Shown piece by piece: positions 20,000-31,354 of a DNA stretch of 64,000 bases. The stretch's first letter is position 1; each line of letters starts with the position of its first letter. This DNA is from Spirochaetia bacterium (GTDB lineage Bacteria > Spirochaetota > Spirochaetia > SZUA-6 > Bin103): assembly GCA_965203905.1 (NCBI GenBank), contig CBDBDQ010000005.1, positions 1,216,001 to 1,280,000 on the forward strand. Reading direction: 5' to 3'. The translations under genes were made by a program, and so were the position numbers. The notes beneath the pieces are model-generated. The model saw only the letters and a list, made by a program, of their open reading frames with translations. It ran no database searches and was not told the origin of the DNA.

Positions 20000-21546
20000 G
20001 TGGGCAAGCGCAGACTGCCGATCGGCATGCAGACCTTCCGCACGCTGCGGGAGCAGAACTGCTACTACGTCGACAAGACGCCCTACATCCGCCGCCTGCT
20101 CGACGAAGGCACGCACTACTTCCTGTCGCGGCCCCGCCGCTTCGGCAAGAGCCTGTTCCTGGACACGCTCAAGGAGCTGTTCGAGGGCAGCGAGGAGCTG
20201 TTCGCCGGGCTGCACATCCACGCCGGCCACGACTGGTCGCAACGCCATCCGGTGGTGCGGCTGAGCTTCGGTGGCGGCACCTTCCGGCGGTTGGACCTGC
20301 TGGAAGCGAACGTCATGGAGCAACTCGCCGCCGCAGAGCGGCGCCTGGGAGTGGAGTCCGAGTACCTGACCGCCGCGGGCCGCTTCGCGTATCTGCTGGA
20401 AGCCCTGCACCGGCAGACGGGACAGCGCGTCGCGGTGCTGGTGGACGAGTACGACAAGCCGATCCTGGACCTGCTGAAGGAACCGGAGGTGGCACTCGCC
20501 AACCGCGACTACCTGCGCGGGCTGTACGGCGTGATCAAGGACAGCGACGCGCACGTGCAGTTCACGTTCCTCACCGGCATCAGCAAGTTCTCGAAGGTGA
20601 ACCTGTTCTCGCAACTGAACAACCTCACCGACATCACGCTCGATCCCGTGTACTCCTCAGTGTGCGGGTACACGGAGGAAGATCTGGACACCGTGTTCGC
20701 TCCGGAACTCGCCGGACTCGACCGCGAGCAGGTGCGGGAGTGGTACAACGGCTACCGCTGGCGTGGCGACGAGAAGGTCTACAATCCCTACGATGTGCTC
20801 CTGTTGCTGCGCGGTCGCGAATTCGATGCGCATTGGTTCGAGACCGGGACGCCGGCGTTCCTCGTGGACACGCTTTTCGACCGCCGCGTGTCCTCGGTGT
20901 CGCTGGGCGAGATGGTGACCACGGGGGGCTGCTGTCGGCGTTCGACGTCGATCACATCGGCACCGAGGCACTGCTGTTCCAGACCGGCTACCTGACGATT
21001 ACGGGAGAAGAGCGACTGGGCGGCAAGGCGCTCTTCCGGCTGGGCTATCCCAACCGGGAGGTGCGCCAGAGCCTGAACGAGTACCTGTTGCGTCACCTGG
21101 TGCAGGACACGACGCAGCAGACGGCCAACGGCATGCGCCTGGCGCGCCTCCTGCAAACGCACGACTGCACCGGCCTGAAAGCGCTGTTCCACGCCTTCTT
21201 CGCCAGCATTCCGTACCATTGGTACACCAACAATGACATCGCCAACTACGAGGGCTTCTACGCCAGCGTGTTCTACTCCTACTTTGCCGCGCTCGGCTAC
21301 GAGATCGCCGTGGAAGAGGCGAGCAGCCACGGGCGCCTGGACATGGCGCTGCGCACCGGCGGTCACGTCTACCTGTTCGAATTCAAGGTGGTGGAGCTGG
21401 CGCCGCCAGGGGCGGCGCTGGCGCACCTCCAGGAGCGCCGCTACGCCGACAAGTACCGCGCCACGGGCGAGCCGATCCACCTGATCGGCGTCGAATTCAG
21501 CCGCGACACCCGCAACGTAACCGCGTTCGAAGTGGCGGACGGCTGA
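20000..21546 (+). pseudogene. AAA/PD-(D/E)XK gene with a -1 frameshift in the G run at 20923-20928
   Basis: GTG 20000 to 20995 and frame-shifted 3' part to 21546; acggggggctg versus acggaggacctg in the paralog. Confidence 0.85.
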
Positions 21547-21730
21547 GAGGATAGTCGTTGTCGGACAGGAGGGATGGCTGACCGCCGCCGTGAACGCGCA
21601 GCCAAGCGGCGTCGCCGCTCAACTGAGCGTTTCATTCGCAAACCGCCGAGGATGGATAAACCGTGTGACATTCGGCAGTGACTCTGTCGACAACGAGGCA
21701 TGACGACCTTCGAACCAGACAGCGGGCATC

Positions 21731-22549
21731 TTACAACGGCTCGGAGTTGTCACGGTCGCGCAGCCGCGCTTCGAGTTCGGCGATTCGCGCCTCCGCCGCC
21801 TGCCGGGCCTCCCGTTCCTGCCGGCGACCCTGTTCGGCGTGCTGGCGCGCGTCCCGCTCCCGCCGACGATCCTGCTCGGCCCGGCGCCACCGCTGCTCCG
21901 CCCGTTCGCGCGCCTGCAGCTCCCGCTCCCACCTCTGCTCGGCCTCCTGCCACGCCGCGTCCGTCTCCCCGAGGTCCGGCAGATCGCGCCCCGTCATCGG
22001 ATCGTGGAACCGCAGCCCGCGCTCCGTCAGCCGCAACTCCAACTCCAGCACCGCGCTCCTCAGCACCAGCGTCCCGTCCCCATGCTCCCGTTCCGGCAGC
22101 CTCGCGTACTCCCCTGCCACCAACTCCAGTCCCTGCAACGCCGGCTCCAGGTAGTCCCCCGTCGGGTCGTACTGCCAGTACTCCCGCACCCCGAGCCTCT
22201 CGTACAGCCTGCGCTTCTTTCCCTGGTCTTCCCGCCGCGTGCTGCGCGACGTCACCTCCAGCACGAAGTCCGGCCCCTTCGGCTCCTCCCACAGCACGTA
22301 GCTCGTTCGCTTCCGCCGCGGCGCGCCCAGCACCACGAACACATCCGGCGCCACTCGCTCCCGCGTCCCTTCCTCGTAGTAGATCAACAGGTTCCCCGCC
22401 ACGTACACGTCCTCGCGCTCGCGATAGTGTTCCCGCAGCCGGTTCGCGGCATAGGTCAGCGGGATGAACTGGTGATCGCTCTCCGCCACCGGCCGGCCGT
22501 CCGACGAGGGGTATTCAACCTGGGCGGGAGCGAGTACCGAGCTTGCCAT
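21731..22549 (-). CDS. Uma2-family endonuclease with C-terminal coiled coil
   Basis: VEYPSSDGRPVAESD.Q, VAPDVFVV, PDFVLEVTSRST..D.G.K..LY..LGVREYWQYDP; AGGAGG RBS. Confidence 0.9.
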   Translation of the reverse strand: MASSVLAPAQVEYPSSDGRPVAESDHQFIPLTYAANRLREHYREREDVYVAGNLLIYYEEGTRERVAPDVFVVLGAPRRKRTSYVLWEEPKGPDFVLEVTSRSTRREDQGKKRRLYERLGVREYWQYDPTGDYLEPALQGLELVAGEYARLPEREHGDGTLVLRSAVLELELRLTERGLRFHDPMTGRDLPDLGETDAAWQEAEQRWERELQARERAEQRWRRAEQDRRRERDARQHAEQGRRQEREARQAAEARIAELEARLRDRDNSEPL

Positions 22550-22876
22550 CACGGTCCCTCCTGACCACCTCAGCATACCACGCCGCGGTCGCCACGAGAA
22601 TCCTGCCGGGGCCGCGGTGCCGGCCTCCGCGATCGGCGAGGTGCCTGAAGATGTTGCGAACCATACCCTCTACAACGGGCGCCGGTTCGCCCGCGCTTTC
22701 AGGAACCTGTGTTCGACGTGAAGTCGGTCGAGATCCTGAGTCGGGCGTGCCTGGACCGCTACCAGGAGAAGAGTGCGCTCTAAGAGTTGATCGCCGAGCT
22801 CTGCCGCTGACTCCGCTACGCCGGCTACGCCGTGGCGCCGGTTTCGTGGCTCGGCGTGGCGGGGTACTATCGGCCG

Positions 22877-24424
22877 GTGGGCAAGCGCAGACTGCCGATC
22901 GGCATGCAGACCTTCCGCACGCTGCGGGAGCAGAACTGCTACTACGTCGACAAGACGCCCTACATCCGCCGCCTGCTCGACGAAGGCACGCACTACTTCC
23001 TGTCGCGGCCCCGCCGCTTCGGCAAGAGCCTGTTCCTGGACACGCTCAAGGAGCTGTTCGAGGGCAGCGAGGAGCTGTTCGCCGGGCTGCACATCCACGC
23101 CGGCCACGACTGGTCGCAACGCCATCCGGTGGTGCGGCTGAGCTTCGGTGGCGGCACCTTCCGGCGGTTGGACCTGCTGGAAGCGAACGTCATGGAGCAA
23201 CTCGCCGCCGCAGAGCGGCGCCTGGGAGTGGAGTCCGAGTACCTGACCGCCGCGGGCCGCTTCGCGTATCTGCTGGAAGCCCTGCACCGGCAGACGGGAC
23301 AGCGCGTCGCGGTGCTGGTGGACGAGTACGACAAGCCGATCCTGGACCTGCTGAAGGAACCGGAGGTGGCACTCGCCAACCGCGACTACCTGCGCGGGCT
23401 GTATGGCGTGATCAAGGACAGCGACGCGCACGTGCGGTTCACGTTCCTCACCGGCATCAGCAAGTTCTCGAAGGTGAACCTGTTCTCGCAACTGAACAAC
23501 CTCACCGACATCACGCTCGATCCCGTGTACTCCTCAGTGTGCGGGTACACGGAGGAAGATCTGGACACCGTGTTCGCTCCGGAGCTCGCCGGACTGGACC
23601 GGGAGCAGGTGCGGGAGTGGTACAACGGCTATAGCTGGCTAGGCGACGAGAGGGTGTACAACCCCTACGACGTGCTGCTACTGCTGCGCCGCGGCAGGTT
23701 CGCCGCGCACTGGTTCGAGACCGGGACGCCGGCATTCCTGGTGGAGACGCTGTTCGAACGTCACGTCTCCTCGGTGTCGCTGGGCGACCTGGTTAGCACG
23801 GAGGACCTGCTGTCGACATTCGACGTGGAGCACATCGGCACCGAGGCGCTGCTGTTCCAGACCGGCTACCTGACCATCACCGGGGAAGAGGACTTGGTCG
23901 GGGAGCCGCTATACCGGCTTGGCTATCCGAACCGGGAAGTACGCCAGAGCCTGAACCGCGTGCTGCTACGCCACCTGGTGCAGGACGCAGGACAACAGAC
24001 GGCCAACAGCACGCGCTTGGCGCGGCTGCTGGAGGCGCACGACTGCGCCGGCCTCCAGGAGCTGTTCCACGCCTTCTTCGCCAGCATTCCCTACCATTGG
24101 TACACCAACAACCACATCGCCAACTACGAGGGCTTCTACGCCAGCGTGTTCTACTCCTACTTTGCTGCGCTCGGCTATGAGATCGCCGTGGAAGAGGCGA
24201 GCAGCCGCGGCCGCCTGGACATGGCGGTGCGCACCGGCGGGCACGTCTACCTGTTCGAGTTCAAGGTAGTCGAGATGACGCCGGACGGTTCGGCGCTGGC
24301 GCAGTTGCAGGAGCGCCGCTACGCCGACAAGTACCGCGCCCGCGGCGAGCCGATCCACCTGATCGGCGTCGAGTTCAGCCGCGACGCGCGCAACGTCACC
24401 GCGTTCGAAGTGGCGGACGGCTGA
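22877..24424 (+). CDS. AAA-ATPase-like protein with PD-(D/E)XK nuclease (intact copy)
   Basis: Same motifs as 400-1950; GTG 6 nt after TACTAT. Confidence 0.9.
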   Translation: MGKRRLPIGMQTFRTLREQNCYYVDKTPYIRRLLDEGTHYFLSRPRRFGKSLFLDTLKELFEGSEELFAGLHIHAGHDWSQRHPVVRLSFGGGTFRRLDLLEANVMEQLAAAERRLGVESEYLTAAGRFAYLLEALHRQTGQRVAVLVDEYDKPILDLLKEPEVALANRDYLRGLYGVIKDSDAHVRFTFLTGISKFSKVNLFSQLNNLTDITLDPVYSSVCGYTEEDLDTVFAPELAGLDREQVREWYNGYSWLGDERVYNPYDVLLLLRRGRFAAHWFETGTPAFLVETLFERHVSSVSLGDLVSTEDLLSTFDVEHIGTEALLFQTGYLTITGEEDLVGEPLYRLGYPNREVRQSLNRVLLRHLVQDAGQQTANSTRLARLLEAHDCAGLQELFHAFFASIPYHWYTNNHIANYEGFYASVFYSYFAALGYEIAVEEASSRGRLDMAVRTGGHVYLFEFKVVEMTPDGSALAQLQERRYADKYRARGEPIHLIGVEFSRDARNVTAFEVADG

Positions 24425-25031
24425 GACCGGAGAACGTTACGCTGCCCCGCGCGCCACAATGGCTTCGCGCGACCCTTCCAGCAAGCCCTCCAGCCTCGCT
24501 TGGCCATGTTCCACCATCGTCGTGAATGATGATCCCGCGATTCATCTTGCCGACCAGGTCGCGGAAGATCTCGGTAGCGCGGGCAGGGCCATCCCTTGCT
24601 GAACGACGTCTGCATCCCTGGGGCAAGGGATGTTCCGGAAGGTAAGGTAGTAGCCGCGGTGATGGCCCCGTGCCTGGCCGGATCGCCTCCTTCCGGTGAT
24701 TGGATTCGTTCGCTGTACTATGTGTCCAGGAACGAGTGGGTTGCCGCCCACGCGCAACGCGCCGGTCTCCGCCGAGGCGTTGCTGCCACGTTGGCGCCAC
24801 GGTGCAGGATTCTGCGAAAGGTGCCAAAAAAAGTGCGCTGAGCACTTGACGGGTTTGGCCCTGCTCGTGACGGCCCCCTGCCGCACGTTCCGGCCCTTCC
24901 GACCCTTCGAACATCCCGCCACGCCTTCCAGGCTCGTCAGCACCCCGCAAGCGCCGGCCTGCACCCTTCCAGGTGCCCGTCCCGGGACTTGCCGAAACCG
25001 GTCATTTCTCAGCCATGCTTATATTTACGCC

Positions 25032-26672
25032 ATGGCTGCCGCGACCGCTGCCGGCTTCGCCTCCTCGCTCTCCGGGCTCCCCGACCAGGTACTGCTGGCG
25101 CATACCAAGTCCCTCGTCCTGCACGAGCAGGCGCTGCAGCTCGCCGTCCTCGACCACCTGCGCGAGATCCACGCCCGCCACCTCCACCTGCGCCTCGGGT
25201 TCTCCAGCCTGTTCGACTACGCGGTGCGCGAACTGGGATATAGCGAGGGTGCCGCGTGGCGCCGTATCAAAGCCATGCGCCTGTGCTCCGAGACCGCCGG
25301 GTCACGCGAGCTGCTGCAGGACGGCTCGCTCACCTTGAGCGCGGCGGCGCAGTTGCAAAACACCTTCGATCTCCTGCAGCGCACGGCGACCGCCGCCGTG
25401 GACCCCGGCTCGCCACCCGCGGCACCCGAGCTGCTGCCGGGCGCCACGGGGACGGCGCCGGAGGCGGGGGCTTCCGGGGCCGCGGCAGCGGCGCCCGCGC
25501 CACCGGTGCCGGCGCTGGACGCGGCGCAGCGGCAGGAGCTGGTGGCGCAGGCGAGCGGCAAGAGCACCCGCGAGGTGAAGCAGTTGCTGGCCGGGGTGGC
25601 TCCCGAGCTGGCGCGGCCGGCTGATCGCATGCGGGCGCTGGGCGAGGGCCGCTGGGAGCTGAAGGTAGTGATCGACGCCGCCTGTCAGCGCGGGATCGAG
25701 CAGCTACGGGCCCTGCTGTCGCACGTGGACCCGCACCTGACGCTGGGGCAACTGGTGGAGCGCCTGGTGCAGGACGGCCTGCAGCGCTACGACCCGGGGC
25801 GACCGCCGCGCGGGCGCAGAGGTGGTGGGCGCCGGGAGGCAAGCGTGGGCCAGGCGCCGGAGCCGAAGGCGCAGCAAGGGCCGGTGGGCGGGGCGGCTTC
25901 GCCGGCGAAGTCGGGCGTGCAAGAGCAAGCCGGAGTGCCGACGCCGTCGGAGGGCACGAGCGCCGGTGGCAGCACCCCGGCGCCGGCAGCGCTGTCCGCA
26001 GAGGAACCCGCGCGCGGGATTGGCGGCGCCGGTACCTCGGCGGTGGGCGCGCTGGCAGCGCCGCCGTTGGGGCGCGAGACTTGCGGCAGCAGCACGCCGG
26101 TGAGTGCCAAGCCAGCGGCGGCGGCGACCGGTACCGCTACTTCGTCGGCGAAGTCGGTGGCCGATCGTGGGTCCCACGGCACCGTACCGACGCCACGGGC
26201 GACGCCGGCGGCGGACCAGAGCATGCCGGCCGCGCTGGCAGCGGCGGATCGCGGTCGCAACGCTGCTTCGCCAGAGAAGCGCGCAGGGGTGGCGCAGCGG
26301 GCACGGGGGACGTAGCGGGCACGGGCGACGCGGCGGGCAGGAACGGCGCGGCTCAATGGCCGTTCGGGTCCGCAGGCGGCGGCAGCCGGCCTCTCCGGAG
26401 GCAGCGCGCAGCCGCCCCACCGGGCGCATCGATCCCGGTACATTCCGGCACCGGTGAGGCGCGAGGTGTGGCGCCCCGACGGTGGCTGCTGCAGTTACGT
26501 CGATCCGCACAGCGGGCGGCGCTGCGGGTCCCGCTTCCTGCTGGAGCTCGACCACATCGTTCCCTTCGCGCTTGGCGGCAGCGCCGAGCCGGGGAATTTG
26601 AGGCTGCATTGTGCAGCTCACCACCGCTTCCGGCATCGAGAGTACGGATCGCCGCCAGACGGGGCCACGTGA
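25032..26672 (+). pseudogene. HNH endonuclease copy 2, interrupted by an in-frame stop at 26313-26315
   Basis: Near-identical N-terminus to 17419; HNH domain lies downstream of the stop (ORF 26454-26672). Confidence 0.8.
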
Positions 26673-26771
26673 TCGGCGCTCGCCGAGGTGCAAGTTGGGC
26701 GGTTGGGCGTCGGTCCGAGGGCACGGGGAGCAACGATTTGCAGCCGGCTTGTCGCGCCGCGTGGGAAGTTC

Positions 26772-27234
26772 TCACGGGAACAGAGCTGCCAGCACCCTCT
26801 GCATCACGGGAACCAGGATCGTCGCGGCTACCAGAACGGTCAGCAACCAGCGGGTCTGTACGGTGATCTCCTTGCGCACCTCGCCGACCTCCTTGCGCAC
26901 CTCGCCGATCGCGATCTCCTCCGTGAGGTCCGCCCGCACATTGGCGATCTCCTTTCCCAGGTTTGCCGATCTGTTCCTGGTGCTCAAGGAACTGTTTCTG
27001 CACGCCCATGAAGCCGGCGTGCATCTCAACCCGCAACGCCTCGAAACCGGTGTGCATCTCGCCACGCACCGCCTCGTCCGAGTCCGCAACCCGGCGCGCA
27101 AAGCGCTCCTCCACCACGCTTATCAGCTCTTCGCGCTGGTCGCGGCCAAACTCATGCAGCAGCTCCACCAGCGAATCGGTGGCCGCCTCGCCCAGCCTCT
27201 CGCGCAACTCACGTCGTACGGAGATCACCGCCAT
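26772..27234 (-). pseudogene. DUF1640-like coiled-coil gene copy 2, 1-nt frameshift near 26962
   Basis: N-terminus MAVISVRRELRERL and C-terminus QTRWLLTVL in different frames; extra T in gttt. Confidence 0.8.
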
Positions 27235-27291
27235 GACCGATCAACCAGCCTATGCGACCGTGCCGGGGCCGTCAACGCGACGCCGCTCGCT

Positions 27292-27480
27292 GGGTGCATT
27301 CCGGTATTGTGGCGCCAGCCGCCAGAGAGCACGCGCGGGATTGGATCGCAGCGAATACAAGCATGCCTACCACAAATGGGAATGCCCGCCCGGACGGACG
27401 CGCCCTGACCGCAGCCCTTCCGGTCGTGCCGGCCACCACGATTGTCTCCGGCCGCCCGCGTAATCGGGGTGATTGCACCC
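27292..27480. mobile_element. MITE-like element copy A
   Basis: Left end gggtgcattc, right end gattgcaccc (imperfect TIR); direct repeat of 28583-28795; preceded by ccgctcgct and followed by cttgatgat. Confidence 0.75.
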
Positions 27481-27528
27481 CTTGATGATGGCGCGCGGCA
27501 GGTAGGGCGGCAGGCGGCTCCTGGCCGG

Positions 27529-28530
27529 CTACCGGCGGTGCAGACGCTTCCGGAAGTCGGCCTCGCTGACGCAGGCGGTGGCGGCCGCGACGATGGCGTG
27601 GCGGGGTAGTTCGGCGAAGCCGGGCACGCCGGGGAATCCGGGCGAGAGCACGATGCCGCGCGCCCCCAACAGCGCTCGTGCAAACTCGATGCGTTCTTCC
27701 GCGCGACCTTCGGCATGACCTTCCGCGCGGCTGCGGCGGCGCTGCGCGCCCAGCAGGGGGTCGTCGTCCGGGCCGGTGCCCTCCCGCTCCCCGAGCGCCG
27801 CTCCCACCCGCTCCAGTACCGCGCTGGTCGGCACCGAAAGCGTGTCCTCGTTCAACGCCACGTGGATCTCCGCCGCCGTCCAGCCAGGAAACGCCCGGCT
27901 CTGCCCCACCTGCCGATACGCCCCATCCTCCAGCAGGTGGATGGTCAGCCCCGAGCGCCGGCTCCGCGGCCGGCTCGGCGCACCCGCATCGGGCACCTCG
28001 ATCCACACTTCCGGGAACCCCCACGCCTCGTACTGCGGCAGCTTGCGCCGGCGCGCGTCGGTGCTGTGGTCCACTTCCAGCACCACCTCCGGGAAGTCGT
28101 GCTCGCCGACCGTCAGCACCGGACGCGGCAACCGCGCGCGCGCCGGGTGCAGGTACACCAACTCGTCCGCCTGCATGATGAGGCGCGCCTTGCCGTGCGC
28201 GTCGCGCTCGGTCAGGTCGGTGCTGCCGAGGCACTTCACCGGCGCGCCGCGCACCTGGGAAATGAGCTTGGCCGACTCCGTCAAGAGGCGCGTGGGGCCT
28301 TCGTGATAGGAGCTCACCGGATCGCAGATCCAGGCGGTCTCGGAGACGGTGTCCCAGTACTCCAGCCGGATCTCGCAGTCGTCGAGTTCCTCGCGCGGCA
28401 GGCGCACCGGCTTGCAGCCGGGGAAGTCCGCCGCCGTGGGCGGCTGGACGCCGGGCGCCGGGTCCGCGGGCTGAGCCGGTCCCGGGGCCGGCGCCTCGAC
28501 CTGCGGACCGAGCGTGCGTACCGAAGCCAT
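27529..28530 (-). CDS. Uma2-family endonuclease (divergent subtype)
   Basis: RLEYWD, H.GP, MQADE.VY, PEVVLEVDHSTDARRRKLPQYEAWGFPEVW; RAEGHAEGRAE tail; TACCGT 6 nt before the ATG. Confidence 0.8.
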   Translation of the reverse strand: MASVRTLGPQVEAPAPGPAQPADPAPGVQPPTAADFPGCKPVRLPREELDDCEIRLEYWDTVSETAWICDPVSSYHEGPTRLLTESAKLISQVRGAPVKCLGSTDLTERDAHGKARLIMQADELVYLHPARARLPRPVLTVGEHDFPEVVLEVDHSTDARRRKLPQYEAWGFPEVWIEVPDAGAPSRPRSRRSGLTIHLLEDGAYRQVGQSRAFPGWTAAEIHVALNEDTLSVPTSAVLERVGAALGEREGTGPDDDPLLGAQRRRSRAEGHAEGRAEERIEFARALLGARGIVLSPGFPGVPGFAELPRHAIVAAATACVSEADFRKRLHRR

Positions 28531-28582
28531 GCCGGCACGGTACGGCATTCCCCCGGCCCGCTGCAACCGCGCGCTCGATGAT

Positions 28583-28795
28583 GGGTGCATTCCGGTATTG
28601 GTGGTGCCAGCGTGGGATTGGATCGCGGCGAACACAAGCGTGCCTACCACAAATGGGAATGCCCCCGGACGGACGCGCCCTGACCGCAGCCCTCTCGGTC
28701 GTGTTCGCCACCACGATTGTCTCCGGCCGCCCGCTTCATCGGGGTGACACCGGTAGTATCGGTACCGTGCGCTACCACACAGAAAGAATGCACCC
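28583..28795. mobile_element. MITE-like element copy B
   Basis: gggtgcattc...gaatgcaccc perfect 10-bp TIR; preceded by ctcgatgat and followed by ccgctcgct. Confidence 0.8.
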
Positions 28796-29017
28796 CCGCT
28801 CGCTCGCACTCCTGAGCCGGGCGCGGCTTCGTGCGCTGAGGCGGACGGCCGCCGGCACTTCGGGCGATACTTCATGCTACTAGAGCCCTCCATTGCTCGT
28901 AATGAACAACGGCACGCGATTCGTGGCGCTTTGCAGGAAGGAGGCGAGGCGTGAGCGAAGGCCGGCAGGTGCCTGGCGAGAGCCGCCGGCCGGTCACCGG
29001 CAACAAAGGTGGAGTGG

Positions 29018-29282
29018 AACCTCACCGACATCACGCTCGATCGGCGTGGAAGAGGGGAGCAGCCACGGACGCCTGGACATGGCGCTGCGCACCGGCGGGC
29101 ACGTCTACCTGTTTGAGTTCAAGGTGGTGGAGTTGGCGCCGCCGGGAGCGGCGCCGGCGCAACTCCAGGAGCGCCGCTACGCCGACAAGTACCGCGCCAC
29201 GGGCGAGCCGATCCACCTGATCGGCGTCGAGTTCAGCCGCGACACCCGCAACGTAACCGCATTCGAAGTGGCGGCCGGCTGA
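29018..29282 (+). pseudogene. AAA/PD-(D/E)XK remnant (short mid-gene block fused to the nuclease C-terminus)
   Basis: aacctcaccgacatcacgctcgatc joined at gatc to ..gtggaagag; same junction at 32213-32245. Confidence 0.8.
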
Positions 29283-29315
29283 GACGATAGTCGTTGCGGG
29301 ATAGCACCCCTCACG

Positions 29316-30260
29316 TCAGGCCCGCGAGGCGGGATCGAAGCGGGCGAGGAACTTGGCGGCGGTGTCGCAGCGCACCAGCCAGTCACCGACCTCGGCCAGC
29401 CGTTCCGGGTCGGCGATCGGCGCCAGCAGGTCGGCCAGGCGGGCGGCGGTGTCGGCATCGAAGCGCGCCGCCGCCTGCCGGCACAGCAGTGTCCGCTGCT
29501 GGTCGACCCCCTGGGTAAGGCCTTCCGCAAGGCCTTGTTCGCGGCCCTCCCGGAGCCATTGCTTGGGCCACTCGGCGACCCGTTCCACCAACGACATACT
29601 CGCCTCCTCCAGCGTCCGTACCGGTGCCACCACGAACCCGCGCCGCAACTCCTCCGCGCCACGCTTCGGCAACCAGCGCTGCAACGCCCCCACCACCCGC
29701 TCGACCTCCTCCCATGACCGGCTCTGCTCCAGCCGCGCCACCGCGCGCAGCAGGTTGCGGTACGGCAGATCATCCGCCGCCACCCGCTGCAGGTCAAGCA
29801 GGTAGTAGCGCTGCGCCGGCTGATACGGCGCCAGCCACCGCCCCACCGGCGTGATCAGTGCGCGCATCTCCGGGGCTGCGGTCCACGGTTCGGTGCCGTT
29901 GTAGAGCACCACCGGCAGCACCGCCGGGAGCCGCTCGCCAGCCACCTCCGGGGCCCGGCTGCGTATCAGTTCCTGGTACAGCAGTCCGCTGTAGTTGAGG
30001 ATGCGCAACGCCATCCAGCGATCATCCTGCGCCTGGAACTCCAGCAGCAACAGAAACACCCGGCGCCGGCCCAGCCGCAGGTGCCAGACGGTGTCGCCGT
30101 GGCGCTTGCGCAGTTCATCGCTGATGTACTCGGGAGAGAGCTTCCCCAGGCTGGAGAAGTCCGCGGCCGCCAGCCGGGGCGCGGGCAGGCAGGCGCGCAG
30201 CACATCCCCGACCATGAGCGGGGAGGCGAACAGGCGCTTGTAGTTCTCGTCGTGCAGCAT
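29316..30260 (-). CDS. Rpn-family recombination-promoting nuclease (YhgA/PD-(D/E)XK) with DUF4351-like tail
   Basis: HDENYKRLF, RHGDTVW, LLEFQAQDDRWMALR..Y, LPAVLPVVLYNG, EGREQG..LCRQAAARF; may carry an internal deletion. Confidence 0.85.
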   Translation of the reverse strand: MLHDENYKRLFASPLMVGDVLRACLPAPRLAAADFSSLGKLSPEYISDELRKRHGDTVWHLRLGRRRVFLLLLEFQAQDDRWMALRILNYSGLLYQELIRSRAPEVAGERLPAVLPVVLYNGTEPWTAAPEMRALITPVGRWLAPYQPAQRYYLLDLQRVAADDLPYRNLLRAVARLEQSRSWEEVERVVGALQRWLPKRGAEELRRGFVVAPVRTLEEASMSLVERVAEWPKQWLREGREQGLAEGLTQGVDQQRTLLCRQAAARFDADTAARLADLLAPIADPERLAEVGDWLVRCDTAAKFLARFDPASRA

Positions 30261-30381
30261 GGTATGGGTTCGTACCCTTGAACAACAGCGCGCCGTCGCC
30301 GGCGCTTTTACGGACCGGGGTCAGGAGACTACCAGTGGCGTCGTTCGAGGACCCGTTGGTGAACCGTGGAACCGTGCCTAT

Positions 30382-31254
30382 CGCGAGGTGAAGCAGTTGT
30401 TGGCCGGGGTGGCTCCCGAGCTGGCGCCGCAGGCCGATCGCATGCGCGCGCTGGGCGAGGGCCGCTGGGAGCTGAAGGTGGTGATCGACGCCGCGTGTCA
30501 GCGCGGGATCAAGCAGCTACGGGCACTGCTGTCGCACGTGGACCCGCACCTGACGCTGGGGCAGCTCGTGGAGCGGCTGGTGCAGGACGGCCTGGAGCGC
30601 TACGACCCGGGGCGGCCGCCGCGCGGGACAGAGGTGGGGCGCCGGGAGGCAAGCGCGGGCCGGGCGCCGGAGCCGAAGGCGCAGCAAGGGCCGGCGGGCG
30701 GGGCAACTTTGCCAGCGAAGCCGGGCACGCAAGAGCAACCCCGAGTGCCGCCGACGCCGGGGGGCACGAGCGCCGGTGGCAGTCCCCCGCGCCGCCAGCG
30801 CTGTCCGCAGAGGAATGCGCCCGCGGGATTGGCGACGCCAGCACCTCGGCGGTGGCAGCGCTGCCCGCGCCGCCGTCAGGACGCGAGACGTGCGGTGGCA
30901 GCACCCGCGGTGAGTGCCAAGCCAGCGGCGGCGACCGGTACCGCTACTTCGGCAGCGAATTGTGTGGCCGATCGTGGGTCCCACGCCCCCGTACCGACGC
31001 CGCCGGCTGACCAGACCTTCCGACCGCGCGGGCAGCGGCGGATCGCGGTCGCAACGCTGCTTCGCCAGCGAAGCGGGCAGGGGTGGCGCTGCGGGCAGGG
31101 GCGTCGCTGCGGGTCCCGCTTCCTGCTGGAGCTCGACCACATCGTTCCCTTCGCGCTTGGCGGCAGCGCCGAGCCGGGGAACTTGAGGCACTGTTCTGCT
31201 CACCACCGCTTCCGGCATCGGGAGTACGGATCGCCGCCAGACGGGGCCACGTGA
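30382..31254 (+). pseudogene. HNH endonuclease copy 3, 5'-truncated with indels
   Basis: Homology to 17419 begins at REVKQLLAG; ends HHRFRHREYGSPPDGAT. Confidence 0.8.
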
Positions 31255-31354
31255 TCGGCGCTCGCCGAGGTGCGAGTTGGGCGGTTGGGCGTCGGTCCGA
31301 GGGCAGCGGGAGCAACGATCTGCAGCCGGCTTGTCGCGCAGCGTGGGATAGTCC

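Noticed and set aside
19405-20930. 713-aa ORF 19405-21546 as one protein
   Set aside because: Its N-terminal part is shadow sequence; only the part after ~20929 is the shifted AAA 3' half
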